NCBI GenBank assembly: GCA_036675045.1
Contig: JAKFFP010000264.1
Location: 1-36,433 of the forward strand
Length of the DNA: 36,433 nucleotides
Origin: Bacteriovoracales bacterium
GTDB lineage: Bacteria > Bdellovibrionota > Bacteriovoracia > Bacteriovoracales > Bacteriovoracaceae
Direction: 5' to 3'
Below the pieces are notes generated by a model that had not been told where the DNA came from, did not search any database, and saw nothing but the letters and a program-made list of their open reading frames with translations. A program made the position numbers and the translations under genes. Positions 1 to 9,090 of this stretch are shown here, piece after piece. How positions within the stretch are numbered: the first letter of the stretch is position 1; every line of letters begins with the position of its first letter.

Positions 1-1613
1 TTGCCTTTCCCGGCGTATTTCAGGGAGTTTTCAATGAGATTTGAGATAACCCTGTTCATTAGTACGGTATCCACCTGGATGGGATACAGGGGGGAAAGAT
101 CGGATTCGATCTGCATCTGTTTTGAATTGGCTTCAAATTCGAGCTTTTCGATGATGCCTTCGATGATTTTGTTGATGTCTTTCGACTCTTTTCTCAGGGT
201 GAGGTTTTGAGACTCAATTTTTGTAAGATCAAGGATCGAATTGATAAAACTATTGAGATCCTTCGTGGAAATTACAATATTTTCTATGAGCTCGTTCTGC
301 TCAGAAGTATTGGTACTCCCGAATTTCATTTTCAGAATATCGGCGATCCCGGCAATTTTTGCAACCGGAGTCTTCAGATCGTGACTCATAAGGGAAATGA
401 AGTTTTGCTTCAGGTTATCTACCTGTTTTAAGAGCTTTGATTCTTCCTGGATGGCATAGCGGGTCTGGTACTCCTCAATCGCGCGGAAAGGTACCCAGAT
501 GTAGTAGACCACGAAGATAGAAAGAACGAGGTGGGAGAGCTTGATCCACCAACCGAAGAACATGAATGCAAAGTAACTCGTGATCAGAATCCCGATGATA
601 AGTGCAATCGTGATCATGAGTCCTTTCACGGGCTGAACACGGGAGATAATAAAAGAAAGAATGATGGCAATCAGAACGGACGCTACCTGGGTAGTAAAAT
701 CTTTTACGTCGTAAATTGTTTTTTCATTCGCGAAAGCTTCAATGACCTGAGCATGCACGGACAGCTTCGGAGTCCGCATAGTTTCTTTTTCAAAAGGTGT
801 GAGGACAAAGTCGCTTGAATTGGAAAGATACTGTGGACCCACCAGAACAATCTTGTCCTTGAAAAATCCTTTCGGAAAATGTCCCACAACCACCCGGTGA
901 AAGGGAATTGTCTGAACATTGGAATCAATCGGATTTCCTGAATACTTGAACAGTGCAAAGTTCGCATCAGCTTCAGAATTATAGTAAGCACCCTTGTAAG
1001 CGGTGGCATCGATCACCGGCAGACCCATGAGAGATCGATATGTCTTCGCAGTCCAGAGATGAATGGAGTCTTCCCCTGAAATGTTGAGAATCGCTCTTCG
1101 GACAACCTCATCTTTCGAAAACACAATTGAGTCTTTAAAAAGCTGACCCAGGAAATAGCCTGTGTCACGGAGATCCTCAGGAGGAATGAGCTCCCCCATG
1201 GTATCGATCTCGGTCCCGAACTTGAATCGCTCCTTACCCAGAGAATAAGTCTTAATCGCTTCCTGGAACTCCATCTGATATCGAAGTTCAACATCCGAAT
1301 CAGGCTCCTGCAGGGAAACATAATAGTTGATGATGGCAGGAGGATCTTTGGCAAGACGACTCATGAGCCGCGTATGAGAAGCATAGGTATAAGGGTAAGT
1401 TTCGCCCAGAAACTGATCACTTTCTTCATCCTGGGAGATCAGGACAATCGGAGTCTTTACTGTCTTTGAGGTGAAATCATTCTTGATCCAGAAATCATAG
1501 AATATCGATTCGAGCGGATGAAAAGAGTACTGAATCAGAATCAGAATGAATGCGAGTGTAACAAGAAGAGGCGCGAATTTTCCGAATTCAATTGTTTTAA
1601 TTTTATTGAGCAC
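1..1613 (-). CDS. CHASE2-domain membrane sensor histidine kinase (3' end runs off window; absent from ORF track)
   Basis: Manual translation from GTG at 1613: N-terminal TM (FAPLLVTLAFILILIQY), CHASE2-like 'LESIFYDFWIK...PIVLISQDEES', H-box 'NFISLMSHDLKTPVA' near 361-420, N-box 'RVISNLIENSLKYAG' near 1-60. All in the same frame. Confidence 0.9.
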   Translation of the reverse strand, partial: MLNKIKTIEFGKFAPLLVTLAFILILIQYSFHPLESIFYDFWIKNDFTSKTVKTPIVLISQDEESDQFLGETYPYTYASHTRLMSRLAKDPPAIINYYVSLQEPDSDVELRYQMEFQEAIKTYSLGKERFKFGTEIDTMGELIPPEDLRDTGYFLGQLFKDSIVFSKDEVVRRAILNISGEDSIHLWTAKTYRSLMGLPVIDATAYKGAYYNSEADANFALFKYSGNPIDSNVQTIPFHRVVVGHFPKGFFKDKIVLVGPQYLSNSSDFVLTPFEKETMRTPKLSVHAQVIEAFANEKTIYDVKDFTTQVASVLIAIILSFIISRVQPVKGLMITIALIIGILITSYFAFMFFGWWIKLSHLVLSIFVVYYIWVPFRAIEEYQTRYAIQEESKLLKQVDNLKQNFISLMSHDLKTPVAKIAGIADILKMKFGSTNTSEQNELIENIVISTKDLNSFINSILDLTKIESQNLTLRKESKDINKIIEGIIEKLEFEANSKQMQIESDLSPLYPIQVDTVLMNRVISNLIENSLKYAGKG

Positions 1614-2427
1614 GGCTCAGTCCTTCCTTCCCATAAAAATAATCCCATTCGTGAGGAAGAAACTCAATCGCCAGGATATTCTGATAATGCCGGCTCCTGG
1701 AAACCGAAGCGAATTCCTGAAGCTTTCTGGAAGGAAGAGAATAAATACTATGAGGCTCGATAAGTTTAAGTCCCAGCTTTAAAAGTAGCTCTTTTTCATA
1801 GGGGTATTCCGAAATATGACCACTGAGCTTTTTGAAATACCCCTTACCCAGACTAAAACTGAAAAGAAAATCGAGAAACGGATGAAGCAGGTAATTCAGG
1901 ATCCAGTCGAGGGCCTCGCGAACTTCCTTCACCGGTATCAGTCGCGCGATAAGGCTTACGATAGAGTGTGAAATCCAGGAACATGAGCCAAGCAGGAACA
2001 TGACTTTCGTTCGCTTGATGGCCATTCCCTTCTTCACCTGAAGTAAAAGTTCGAAGCAAATGGCATGCAGTTCAGCTTCACTCACAGAATGAAGAAGATT
2101 TTTAGAGAGAATAATACTGGTGACTGTTTTGTTCTGAAGGACAAAACCCCGTTCCACACTTCCATTATAAAAATAGAGATGAGGCATCGGGACGGCGAGC
2201 TTGTAAGCTTCCTGGGCAGCGGTTTTAAAAAAGAGGGCCTCGTCACGACTTCTTACTTCTCGGGCACCGAGGAAGAAAAGAATGGCCTTGTCGGGATAGC
2301 CAACGGTGATAAGTACCAGAAACATGAGGAATATATAGGACATAGCCAATGACGCGCCGCTTAAGGTTACCCATAGGAACAACCCAAATAACAGGGTAGA
2401 GATAAGCAGGATGAGATTTACACGCAT
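1603..2427 (-). CDS. HtpX/M48-like membrane protein lacking the HExxH motif
   Basis: N-terminal TMs; 'LFFLGAREV', 'AVPMPHLY' and 'IILSKNLLHSVSEAELHAICFELLLQVK' follow the HtpX layout, but FELLL sits where HExxH is expected. Confidence 0.6.
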   Translation of the reverse strand: MRVNLILLISTLLFGLFLWVTLSGASLAMSYIFLMFLVLITVGYPDKAILFFLGAREVRSRDEALFFKTAAQEAYKLAVPMPHLYFYNGSVERGFVLQNKTVTSIILSKNLLHSVSEAELHAICFELLLQVKKGMAIKRTKVMFLLGSCSWISHSIVSLIARLIPVKEVREALDWILNYLLHPFLDFLFSFSLGKGYFKKLSGHISEYPYEKELLLKLGLKLIEPHSIYSLPSRKLQEFASVSRSRHYQNILAIEFLPHEWDYFYGKEGLSRAQ

Positions 2428-2463
2428 AGGTAAAAAGCCAAGTTTTTTAAATACTTTAACCTC

Positions 2464-2472
2464 ATTTTACCA
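2464..2472 (-). promoter_or_regulatory. Extended -10 (TG-G-TAAAAT) for the HtpX-like/kinase operon
   Basis: TGnTAAAAT about 37 nt upstream of ATG 2427. Confidence 0.45.
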
Positions 2473-2522
2473 TCTCACAAATCTTATTTGCATTACTTTA
2501 TTACACCCTTAAGGCTTTCCCG

Positions 2523-2551
2523 TGGACACGAATCCGGTCTGGGGCTATAAG
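2523..2551 (+). promoter_or_regulatory. sigma70-like promoter TGGACA-N17-TATAAG
   Basis: 17-nt spacer; the same TGGACA -35 recurs at 23422. Confidence 0.5.
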
Positions 2552-2614
2552 TGCGCAACTCTTTTTCAAAGAAGAAAATCGGGTGTTTTGCTGAGCGAAA
2601 CAAGAGTGAAAAAC

Positions 2615-2860
2615 ATGGATAAGGAGTTTCTTCGTCAGATTGACCAGGCCAGTGAGCTTTTGACTCAAATCAAGCCTGACAAGTTAGCGGACGACGTCCT
2701 CATCTGTGAATGCTTTTGTGTTAATGTTCGCGACATCCGTGAGGCCTGCAAAGAGAAGAACGAGGTAGATCTCGAGCTTCTGAGGCGCAGGTTTTCTATG
2801 GGAGAGGGTTGTCAGAGCTGTGTAAGAGCAGCTCCACAATGGGTGGATAAGATTTTTTAG
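2615..2860 (+). CDS. BFD-like [2Fe-2S]-binding protein
   Basis: ICECFCV...IREAC...GEGCQSC (CxC...CxxC). ATG 2615 chosen because the track start overlaps the predicted promoter. Confidence 0.75.
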   Translation: MDKEFLRQIDQASELLTQIKPDKLADDVLICECFCVNVRDIREACKEKNEVDLELLRRRFSMGEGCQSCVRAAPQWVDKIF

Positions 2861-2880
2861 TTCCTTATAGGAGATTAACC

Positions 2881-3723
2881 ATGGCTTTTGACCGTTTGTT
2901 ATTTGGTACTGCTGGCGTTCCTAACAGTACCGCCAAGAAAAACAATCCCGTTGAAGGTGTAAAGCGCATCCACGAGCTCGCCCTCGATTGTATGCAGCTT
3001 GAGTTTGCCCACGGCGTCCGCATGAAAGAAGAAGTTTCTTCAGCTCTTCGTAAAGTTTCTTACGAGCTGGGAGTTCCTCTTACTTCTCATGGCCCTTATT
3101 ACATCAACCTCAATGCTCGCGAGCAGGACAAGATCGATTCTTCTGTAGAAAGAATCATCTAGACTGCCAAGATCTCTGATCTTTGCGGTGCTGAATCGAT
3201 GACTTTCCACGCGGCTTTCTACATGAAAGACTCTCCGTATGACGTCTTTGATCTCGTTGAGAAATCACTGAACGTAATTGAAGAAAGACTTTCACGTCTG
3301 GATATTGAAATTGAACTTCGCCCTGAACTAACTGGGAAGACTTCTCAGTTTGGTTCTCTCGAAGAGCTCATCTCTCTGTCTAAGTCGGTGACTAGCTGTA
3401 AGCCTTGTATGGATTTCTCTCACCTGTACGCTCGTACCGGAAACGTGAATGACTATAAAGGTTTCTGTGAAACTCTCGAGACTCTCAAGTCTGAGCTTGG
3501 CCCGAATGCGCTCAAAGAAATGCACATTCACATCTCAGGTATCAGCTCGAACTCTAAGGGTGACTTAAAACATCTGAACCTTGAGAAGTCGAAGTTCAAC
3601 TGGAAGGACCTGATGAAGGCCCTGAAAGATATGGACTGTCGCGGATATGTCGTCTGTAACTCGCCGAACCTCGAAGTGGACGCGGCGATGCTCAAGCAAT
3701 ATTACGTTTCTCTTTCAGGCTAA
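2881..3723 (+). pseudogene. nfo: Endonuclease IV-like TIM-barrel (AP endonuclease family 2) interrupted by one in-frame TAG at 3160-3162
   Basis: RBS AGGAG. The two track ORFs are in one frame, joined as ERII*TAKISDLCGAESMTFHAAFY. Motifs FGTAGVP, SHGPYYINL, RPELTGK, DFSHLYAR, HIHISGI. Confidence 0.85.
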
Positions 3724-3728
3724 AATAG

Positions 3729-3756
3729 AAAAGGCTCCTTCGGGAGCCTTTTTTTT
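3729..3756. terminator. Bidirectional rho-independent terminator
   Basis: AAAAGGCTCC-TTCG-GGAGCC-T8 between convergent genes. Confidence 0.9.
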
Positions 3757-3758
3757 GC

Positions 3759-4175
3759 TTATGCGGTCTTTAACCATTCTTGTGGATTGAGGAGATCATG
3801 TAAGTGATGTTCCTGGTCCTGAGTCAGACCAACTAAATAACAGAAACCATCTGCGTGAATGATCACCACTTTTTCCAGCGGATGCTTCCAGGTACTTTTA
3901 ATCACAGAGAAAAAATTGTCCGTGTCGTTGTCTTTATCAAGAATGCGGTGATCAGAACCAACGCACGAGAATACAGACCAGTTCATCGGAACGTCGAGGT
4001 TGCCCATGGGGGTGCGGAAACGAAGAACCTGTGACTGGGGAATAAACTCGCCCTTCCAGGCGCTAAGTCCGTAATCAGTGAGCTTTTGCTCAAGGCTCGA
4101 TAGCTTTTCCTCTCCGCGCTTTTGAAGCTTCAGAGTTTCATCTACCAGGAATGTGAGGAAATCGTTTTCGGCCAT
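3759..4175 (-). CDS. Hypothetical protein (138 aa)
   Basis: Strong RBS AGGAGG; ends at the terminator. Confidence 0.7.
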   Translation of the reverse strand: MAENDFLTFLVDETLKLQKRGEEKLSSLEQKLTDYGLSAWKGEFIPQSQVLRFRTPMGNLDVPMNWSVFSCVGSDHRILDKDNDTDNFFSVIKSTWKHPLEKVVIIHADGFCYLVGLTQDQEHHLHDLLNPQEWLKTA

Positions 4176-4193
4176 CTGGTCCCTCCTGAACCC

Positions 4194-4221
4194 GTATCGG
4201 CGTCCCTAGGGGATGGCATTA
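4194..4221 (-). promoter_or_regulatory. Putative sigma28/FliA promoter TAAT-N16-GCCGATAC
   Basis: Close to the TAAA-N15/16-GCCGATAA consensus, just upstream of the RBS of 3759..4175. Confidence 0.45.
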
Positions 4222-4646
4222 ATCGGTTCGAGGCCCTCATGGTAAGTCTTGATGTTAGTCACATCAGCAATCAGCCATTTTCCGGTAACGAGACTTAATT
4301 CCGCGATTTTCTTAACTTCAGAAGAAAAGGCGTTCTTGTCGTTTTGTTTTGTTTTATAGCTGATGGAATAGGTAATGAAACAGGTCTCTTCCTGACATGA
4401 CTTTGAAAGGATTTTAAAACTGTCTTTCTGGACATTTCTCAGGTCAGCGAATTGCTGGAATTCCTCATCGGTAACACTTTCAAGACTTGCCCGCATCTTG
4501 CCGGTAACTTTTTCGATCAATGAGCTTTTCGTAACAACGTTACCAATTCGAATCTCGATAAAATCTTTGAGGGCCGCTTCGGGGCTTCGATTATCTTCAA
4601 GACATGAGACGAGAAGAAAAAGAAGTGCACAAAGTAAAAGCTTCAT
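4206..4646 (-). CDS. Putative lipoprotein
   Basis: Lipobox LLVSC after a hydrophobic signal; 4-nt overlap with the upstream gene. Confidence 0.75.
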   Translation of the reverse strand: MKLLLCALLFLLVSCLEDNRSPEAALKDFIEIRIGNVVTKSSLIEKVTGKMRASLESVTDEEFQQFADLRNVQKDSFKILSKSCQEETCFITYSISYKTKQNDKNAFSSEVKKIAELSLVTGKWLIADVTNIKTYHEGLEPINAIP

Positions 4647-5371
4647 CTTAACCTTTCCGGTTGAAAACCAAGTTCTTCAATCAGTTCAGTAAATTCTGAC
4701 CAGTTGAATGTATCTAAACTCCTGAGAGTACTTTCAAATTTTATCCCAACTCCTCTCAGGTCCGGAGTCTCGGCAACTACTTCCCCCTGCTCTTCAAAGA
4801 CTCTTCCCTGAAAATCAATCTTCACTTTGATCCGGGATCCTACTTTGGCCGGCCCGGCCAGGTGAACAAAGCAGCCGGACACATCCCAGTTAGTGAGATT
4901 CCCGATATAGCTTTTATCAGCATCTAAAATCGTGACGGGAATTTTCCGCAGAAGAGGATCGAAGAGATCATTGCCCGAAAAATTCGGATTGATATTAGCC
5001 GAGGCAAGATAGTGATTCATTAGCTGATAAAGGAAGTATGAGATCACCGCATAGAAAAAAGTGGCAATCACGATGATCTTATTGAATTCGATAAAGAGAC
5101 CTTCAACGACTTTGAAACCAACCAGCAGGACTGAGAAATTAAAAGCGAAGACCGCCAGGCGATGATGCTTCCAGATGAGCCAGCAGGAAAGGAAAAGAGG
5201 AAGAGCAACATACCAGAAAAGTTCGGCGCTTTTCCTCAGGTAAACCAGAGAGAAAGGTGAAAGTTGATGGCGGTAGGCATACTGAAGATAGAGAAAAAGA
5301 AAGGCCAGGCCAAGGTAGATGATGGCGTTTGAGATGATGACATCTTTCTTTCTGACTTTTAATTGTTCCAC
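4643..5371 (-). CDS. Membrane protein (about 4 TM) with C-terminal PilZ-like domain
   Basis: TM segments, then 'RKIPVTI...GNLTNWDVSGCFV...GEVV...GVGIKF'. Confidence 0.75.
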   Translation of the reverse strand: MEQLKVRKKDVIISNAIIYLGLAFLFLYLQYAYRHQLSPFSLVYLRKSAELFWYVALPLFLSCWLIWKHHRLAVFAFNFSVLLVGFKVVEGLFIEFNKIIVIATFFYAVISYFLYQLMNHYLASANINPNFSGNDLFDPLLRKIPVTILDADKSYIGNLTNWDVSGCFVHLAGPAKVGSRIKVKIDFQGRVFEEQGEVVAETPDLRGVGIKFESTLRSLDTFNWSEFTELIEELGFQPERLR

Positions 5372-5396
5372 TGCGGTTATGCCTTATAATGGGATT

Positions 5397-5582
5397 ATGA
5401 ACCAAGTTCGACTGGAAATCACTCCCATTTGCGTATCGTGCGATGCTTGCCGGTTGATCTGTCCGGAGAACGCCGTCATTTCCAACGGAACCGAATATCA
5501 CATCGATGACTGGAGCTGTACTTTTTGCGGTCTTTGCATCGAGGTTTGTCCCGTTGACTGCATCAAAGAAAGTTCTAGCTGA
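5397..5582 (+). CDS. 2x[4Fe-4S] ferredoxin (61 aa)
   Basis: CVSCDACRLICP and CTFCGLCIEVCP motifs; ATG 5397 lies 6 nt after TATAAT (5385-5390). Confidence 0.9.
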   Translation: MNQVRLEITPICVSCDACRLICPENAVISNGTEYHIDDWSCTFCGLCIEVCPVDCIKESSS

Positions 5583-6528
5583 CCTTTTCCGCTAAATCAT
5601 TCCAGTAAACCGTCCGTGGCTCCCCAACTTGCGGCCATTTCTCGCCCAGTACGATCATTGGCCCGTTAGCCGGAGGCGCATCGTAGGGAGAAAGGTTAAT
5701 CACTCCGGGAGAGCGAGAATGGTATCCCAATCCCTGAAGATCAATCTTCCAGGTTTTCATCGCTTTTTCATTCACCAGAAATCTCAGGAACGGATGATTG
5801 GAATTCACCCGATAGGTCGAAAGTATCTTGTGCATGCTTTCCCAATATCTTTTCACGGTTCCGAAATCCCAATAATCAATATTCTCAAGTAGAATTGCTG
5901 CGATTTCTTTCTTCTGATAAGGACAGACAGAATCAAAAAACTTTGAGGCGCCGGGCACTTTATCCAGCTGGGCGAGGTCAATGACTGAGATGCCGGTATA
6001 AGTTTCAACCGTTTTCCCCTGGGGAAGATCACTATTTTTTGTAATGCCGGTCACCAGACGGTGGGGAGAAATATCCAGAGCATTATAACCAAGAGAGGAA
6101 TTCACCAGATAACTTAACAGCACCGCGGGCTTATTCTGGTGGGGCCCGATGATGCGAGTGAAATCTTCACCCTTGATATAGAAAAATTGATCTGCATTCA
6201 GGACCAGGAGTTTTCCCTGATAATTAACTTCCGGTCGGGAGGCGAGATTATGAATTCCACCGCCGATGTCGAGGATCTCGGGCTTCTCCCAGAGGAAATT
6301 CACATCTTCGAAAGCAGATCTTGTCTTGCAGAACTTCTCTATCTCTTCACCCATGTAGTGAAGATTAATGTAAATGTTCCTGATCCCAAGGCTTTTGGCA
6401 TATTGCACCTGAAGCTCAAGCAGAGATTTTTCAAAAACCGGCCAGAGAACTTTGGGAAGCTTCTGTCCGATGGCACCCATGCGGGTACCGAATCCAGCGG
6501 CAAGTATCAGGCAGTGATTAATTTGCAT
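5575..6528 (-). CDS. murU: Sugar-phosphate nucleotidyltransferase, MurU-like
   Basis: LILAAGFGTRM...LPKVL, LDIGGGI, WDFGT; directly downstream of the amgK-like gene. Confidence 0.75.
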   Translation of the reverse strand: MQINHCLILAAGFGTRMGAIGQKLPKVLWPVFEKSLLELQVQYAKSLGIRNIYINLHYMGEEIEKFCKTRSAFEDVNFLWEKPEILDIGGGIHNLASRPEVNYQGKLLVLNADQFFYIKGEDFTRIIGPHQNKPAVLLSYLVNSSLGYNALDISPHRLVTGITKNSDLPQGKTVETYTGISVIDLAQLDKVPGASKFFDSVCPYQKKEIAAILLENIDYWDFGTVKRYWESMHKILSTYRVNSNHPFLRFLVNEKAMKTWKIDLQGLGYHSRSPGVINLSPYDAPPANGPMIVLGEKWPQVGEPRTVYWNDLAEKVS

Positions 6529-7552
6529 AATAATGTGTGAAGAGTTTTTTTCTTATTTCGTCGTACTTGGGATTATCCATCATGACTTTCCGGATCTTCT
6601 CCATCGCAAATCCGATGTACTTCAGATACCTGTCATCCTTGCGCCAATTGTATATGTAACAGAAACTCCCGACCGCTTTGTATACGCGCTGAATGAGCAT
6701 GTCTTCGTAGTTTGAACAGAATTCTTCCCACGTCTTCTGACCGTGAATAGAAGCGGGCAGACTATCAAAATAGTAACGCTTAAGCTTTTGGCGATTCTCT
6801 TCGTTGAGATCGTAATAACAATCCTCAAGCAAGGAAACCAGATCATATTGAGGAATTCCCCAACGTGCATCCTGAAAGTCGATGAAAGTAAAATGATTGC
6901 TATTTTTCACCATGATGTTTCGGGAATGGAAATCGCGATGTGTGATGACCATCTTCTGGCTCGCCAAACGCTTCATGATCGGGTCAAAAAGTGCTTCGAG
7001 TTCCGAGATGAAATTCTCATCCTGAACTTTATTGAAGAAATTGAGGAAATACTTGAACGTGAATCTCGTCTCGTCCATGAATTTCTGGTGATCAAACTTC
7101 AAAAGAAAAAGATTTGGGTTCTGAACCTTGTCGGCAGGAATCGTATGGAGTTCAAGAAGCTGGTCGATGATCTTCTTGTAGATTTCGAATTCTTCCTTAT
7201 TTGATCTGATGGTGGACAAGTGCTGCAGCAAAGTCACATTACCGAGATCCTCCTGCAGAAGGTATCCACGCGACAAATTGTGATCCACAATATCCGGAAC
7301 TTTCACACGACAATCATGGAGGAAAGACTGCACGGACATAAAGGGATGCTTTTCCGGCCCATCATTGAAAGGATTATCCAGAGAAACCACATAGCTTCCC
7401 TGATCTGTGAACAGTCGATAATAGCGACGGGTTGAAGCATCACCAGTCAGTTTATCAATCTCGAGGAGCTTTACGTCCTTCAAAATATCTTTATCCTGAG
7501 TCTTATTGAAAAGTTCCTCAATGAAGAATTGTTCCGCTTGTTCCGGCTTCAT
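6518..7552 (-). CDS. amgK: AmgK-like anomeric MurNAc/GlcNAc kinase (APH family)
   Basis: GDASTRRYYR, HRDFHSRNIM, IDFQDA, YDLVSLLED. Confidence 0.85.
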   Translation of the reverse strand: MKPEQAEQFFIEELFNKTQDKDILKDVKLLEIDKLTGDASTRRYYRLFTDQGSYVVSLDNPFNDGPEKHPFMSVQSFLHDCRVKVPDIVDHNLSRGYLLQEDLGNVTLLQHLSTIRSNKEEFEIYKKIIDQLLELHTIPADKVQNPNLFLLKFDHQKFMDETRFTFKYFLNFFNKVQDENFISELEALFDPIMKRLASQKMVITHRDFHSRNIMVKNSNHFTFIDFQDARWGIPQYDLVSLLEDCYYDLNEENRQKLKRYYFDSLPASIHGQKTWEEFCSNYEDMLIQRVYKAVGSFCYIYNWRKDDRYLKYIGFAMEKIRKVMMDNPKYDEIRKKLFTHYYAN

Positions 7553-8391
7553 ATAATACCGTCCCTGATCCTGTTCATGAGTGAGTAGAATTTCTTAGAC
7601 GAATTCTTTTTTACAGCAAGCTTATCATCGAGCTGGTTTTTGATGAGAAAAGATTTAAAGAGTGATTCCTCGCGGGTAATGATATTGGGATCTCCTACCT
7701 GAAGAATAAAGTCAGCTGTATTCCGGTTCTGAGTCTGCAGCCAGGAGAGGTAATATTCTCCGTCATATCCGCTCCGGACAGTAAGATGATGTGCCCACTT
7801 ATGGACTTCCATTTTCTCTTCCAGTGTCAGGCGCGACAGCGTGAGAATTCTTTCGACGGTGATATATCCGACAGGAATAACAGTTTGTTTCGGGTAGGCC
7901 AGTTTTTCACTTCTTACCAATTCATATGCCAGAATACTGACCAGCATACTCTCATGTTTCATGTACTTCGCCAGAAGACCGCGGGATAGAAAGATTTCAC
8001 CTTTCGGGAGCGAAAAGTGAAGTGGGGATTCAGTATCAAGAATCGTCACCTGCGCGGACCTGAGTTCGCGGAAAAAGATTTCGTTCCTGGCAATGATTTC
8101 AGAAAGGAGTTCACGGAAATAGGTTTCGGTGAATTTGTCTGTCTTCGATTGCTTTACTCCCGGCGTGGATAAAAAGGGTTGCTTCAGGGATGAGAGATGA
8201 TCCGCGTAATCTGCCTTATCCATTTCATGATAATTACCCCGGGTAAGATTCGCTTTTTTGTTGTTCCCACCGGGAATTTTAAAACTGGTACAGCCCATCA
8301 TGAAGATGAGCAATAAACAACAAACCCCCGTGACCGGGGGTTTGATAAGTTTCTTCTGAATCAGGAGATTAAATACCGGAAGCGACTTCAC
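7549..8391 (-). CDS. M48/BepA-like putative lipoprotein lacking HExxH
   Basis: 'HFSLPKGEIFLSRGLL...ESMLVSILAYELVR' and 'RSGYD' follow the M48 layout; lipobox-like MMGC; start uncertain. Confidence 0.65.
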   Translation of the reverse strand: MKSLPVFNLLIQKKLIKPPVTGVCCLLLIFMMGCTSFKIPGGNNKKANLTRGNYHEMDKADYADHLSSLKQPFLSTPGVKQSKTDKFTETYFRELLSEIIARNEIFFRELRSAQVTILDTESPLHFSLPKGEIFLSRGLLAKYMKHESMLVSILAYELVRSEKLAYPKQTVIPVGYITVERILTLSRLTLEEKMEVHKWAHHLTVRSGYDGEYYLSWLQTQNRNTADFILQVGDPNIITREESLFKSFLIKNQLDDKLAVKKNSSKKFYSLMNRIRDGII

Positions 8392-9064
8392 GACCGTTTT
8401 CGAGATAGTAAATTGTGAAGCCGGCAAAAATCAGGTTTGGATTTTTAATCAGCGGACGGTTATTTTCCCAGATGAGTTTCCATTTCTTAGGAGTCTGATA
8501 AACAGTCTTCGAAATGAGGCTCAGGGTATCACCAGTACGGATAAGATGAGGAAGTCCTTGCGGATTCCACACGAATTCCTCAGATGGCGCCATGTACTTG
8601 AGAGTCTGGCCCGCACGAACGATCTGGCCGCCTTTTAATGCATCCTGATTCCAGCCAGCTAGTTTTTTCCACCAGCCGTAGTCACCATAGAGTTTGAAAG
8701 CAATCATCATGAGTGTTTCGTTTTTCTGAACCTTATACTCCATCATGCTGTCTGTGAGCGTGGTTGAAGCTTGGGTTGAGCTTGGTTCGGCAACTTTCTC
8801 GACTGGAGCTTCATCTTCAATAACAAGATCTGAAGAGGTATCAACAGCTGCAACTTCAGGGGCTGCTTCAGTTACCGGCTCTTCCAGCGGAGAAGCTTCA
8901 GTTTCAGTCATCGCTGCGGGTTCACCAGATGGATTCTCAATGAATTCATCAGCGTCTGAAAGTTCGACTTGTGGTGTTTGTTCATCTACCGGTTGAGAAG
9001 ACTTGGATCCCGAACAGGACACCAGACTCAAACTCAACAACACCATCCATGGCACTAGCTTCAT
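8369..9064 (-). CDS. Lipoprotein with acidic linker and two LysM domains
   Basis: Lipobox LVSC; YKVQKNETLMMIAFKLYG and IRTGDTLSLISKTVY...IWENNR..IKNPNLIFAG. Confidence 0.9.
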   Translation of the reverse strand: MKLVPWMVLLSLSLVSCSGSKSSQPVDEQTPQVELSDADEFIENPSGEPAAMTETEASPLEEPVTEAAPEVAAVDTSSDLVIEDEAPVEKVAEPSSTQASTTLTDSMMEYKVQKNETLMMIAFKLYGDYGWWKKLAGWNQDALKGGQIVRAGQTLKYMAPSEEFVWNPQGLPHLIRTGDTLSLISKTVYQTPKKWKLIWENNRPLIKNPNLIFAGFTIYYLENGREVASGI

Positions 9065-9090
9065 ATTCACTCCCTGAAAATGAGGTACTT

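Noticed and set aside
1-1782. Short track ORFs on both strands
   Set aside because: Off-frame or antisense to the continuous histidine kinase frame
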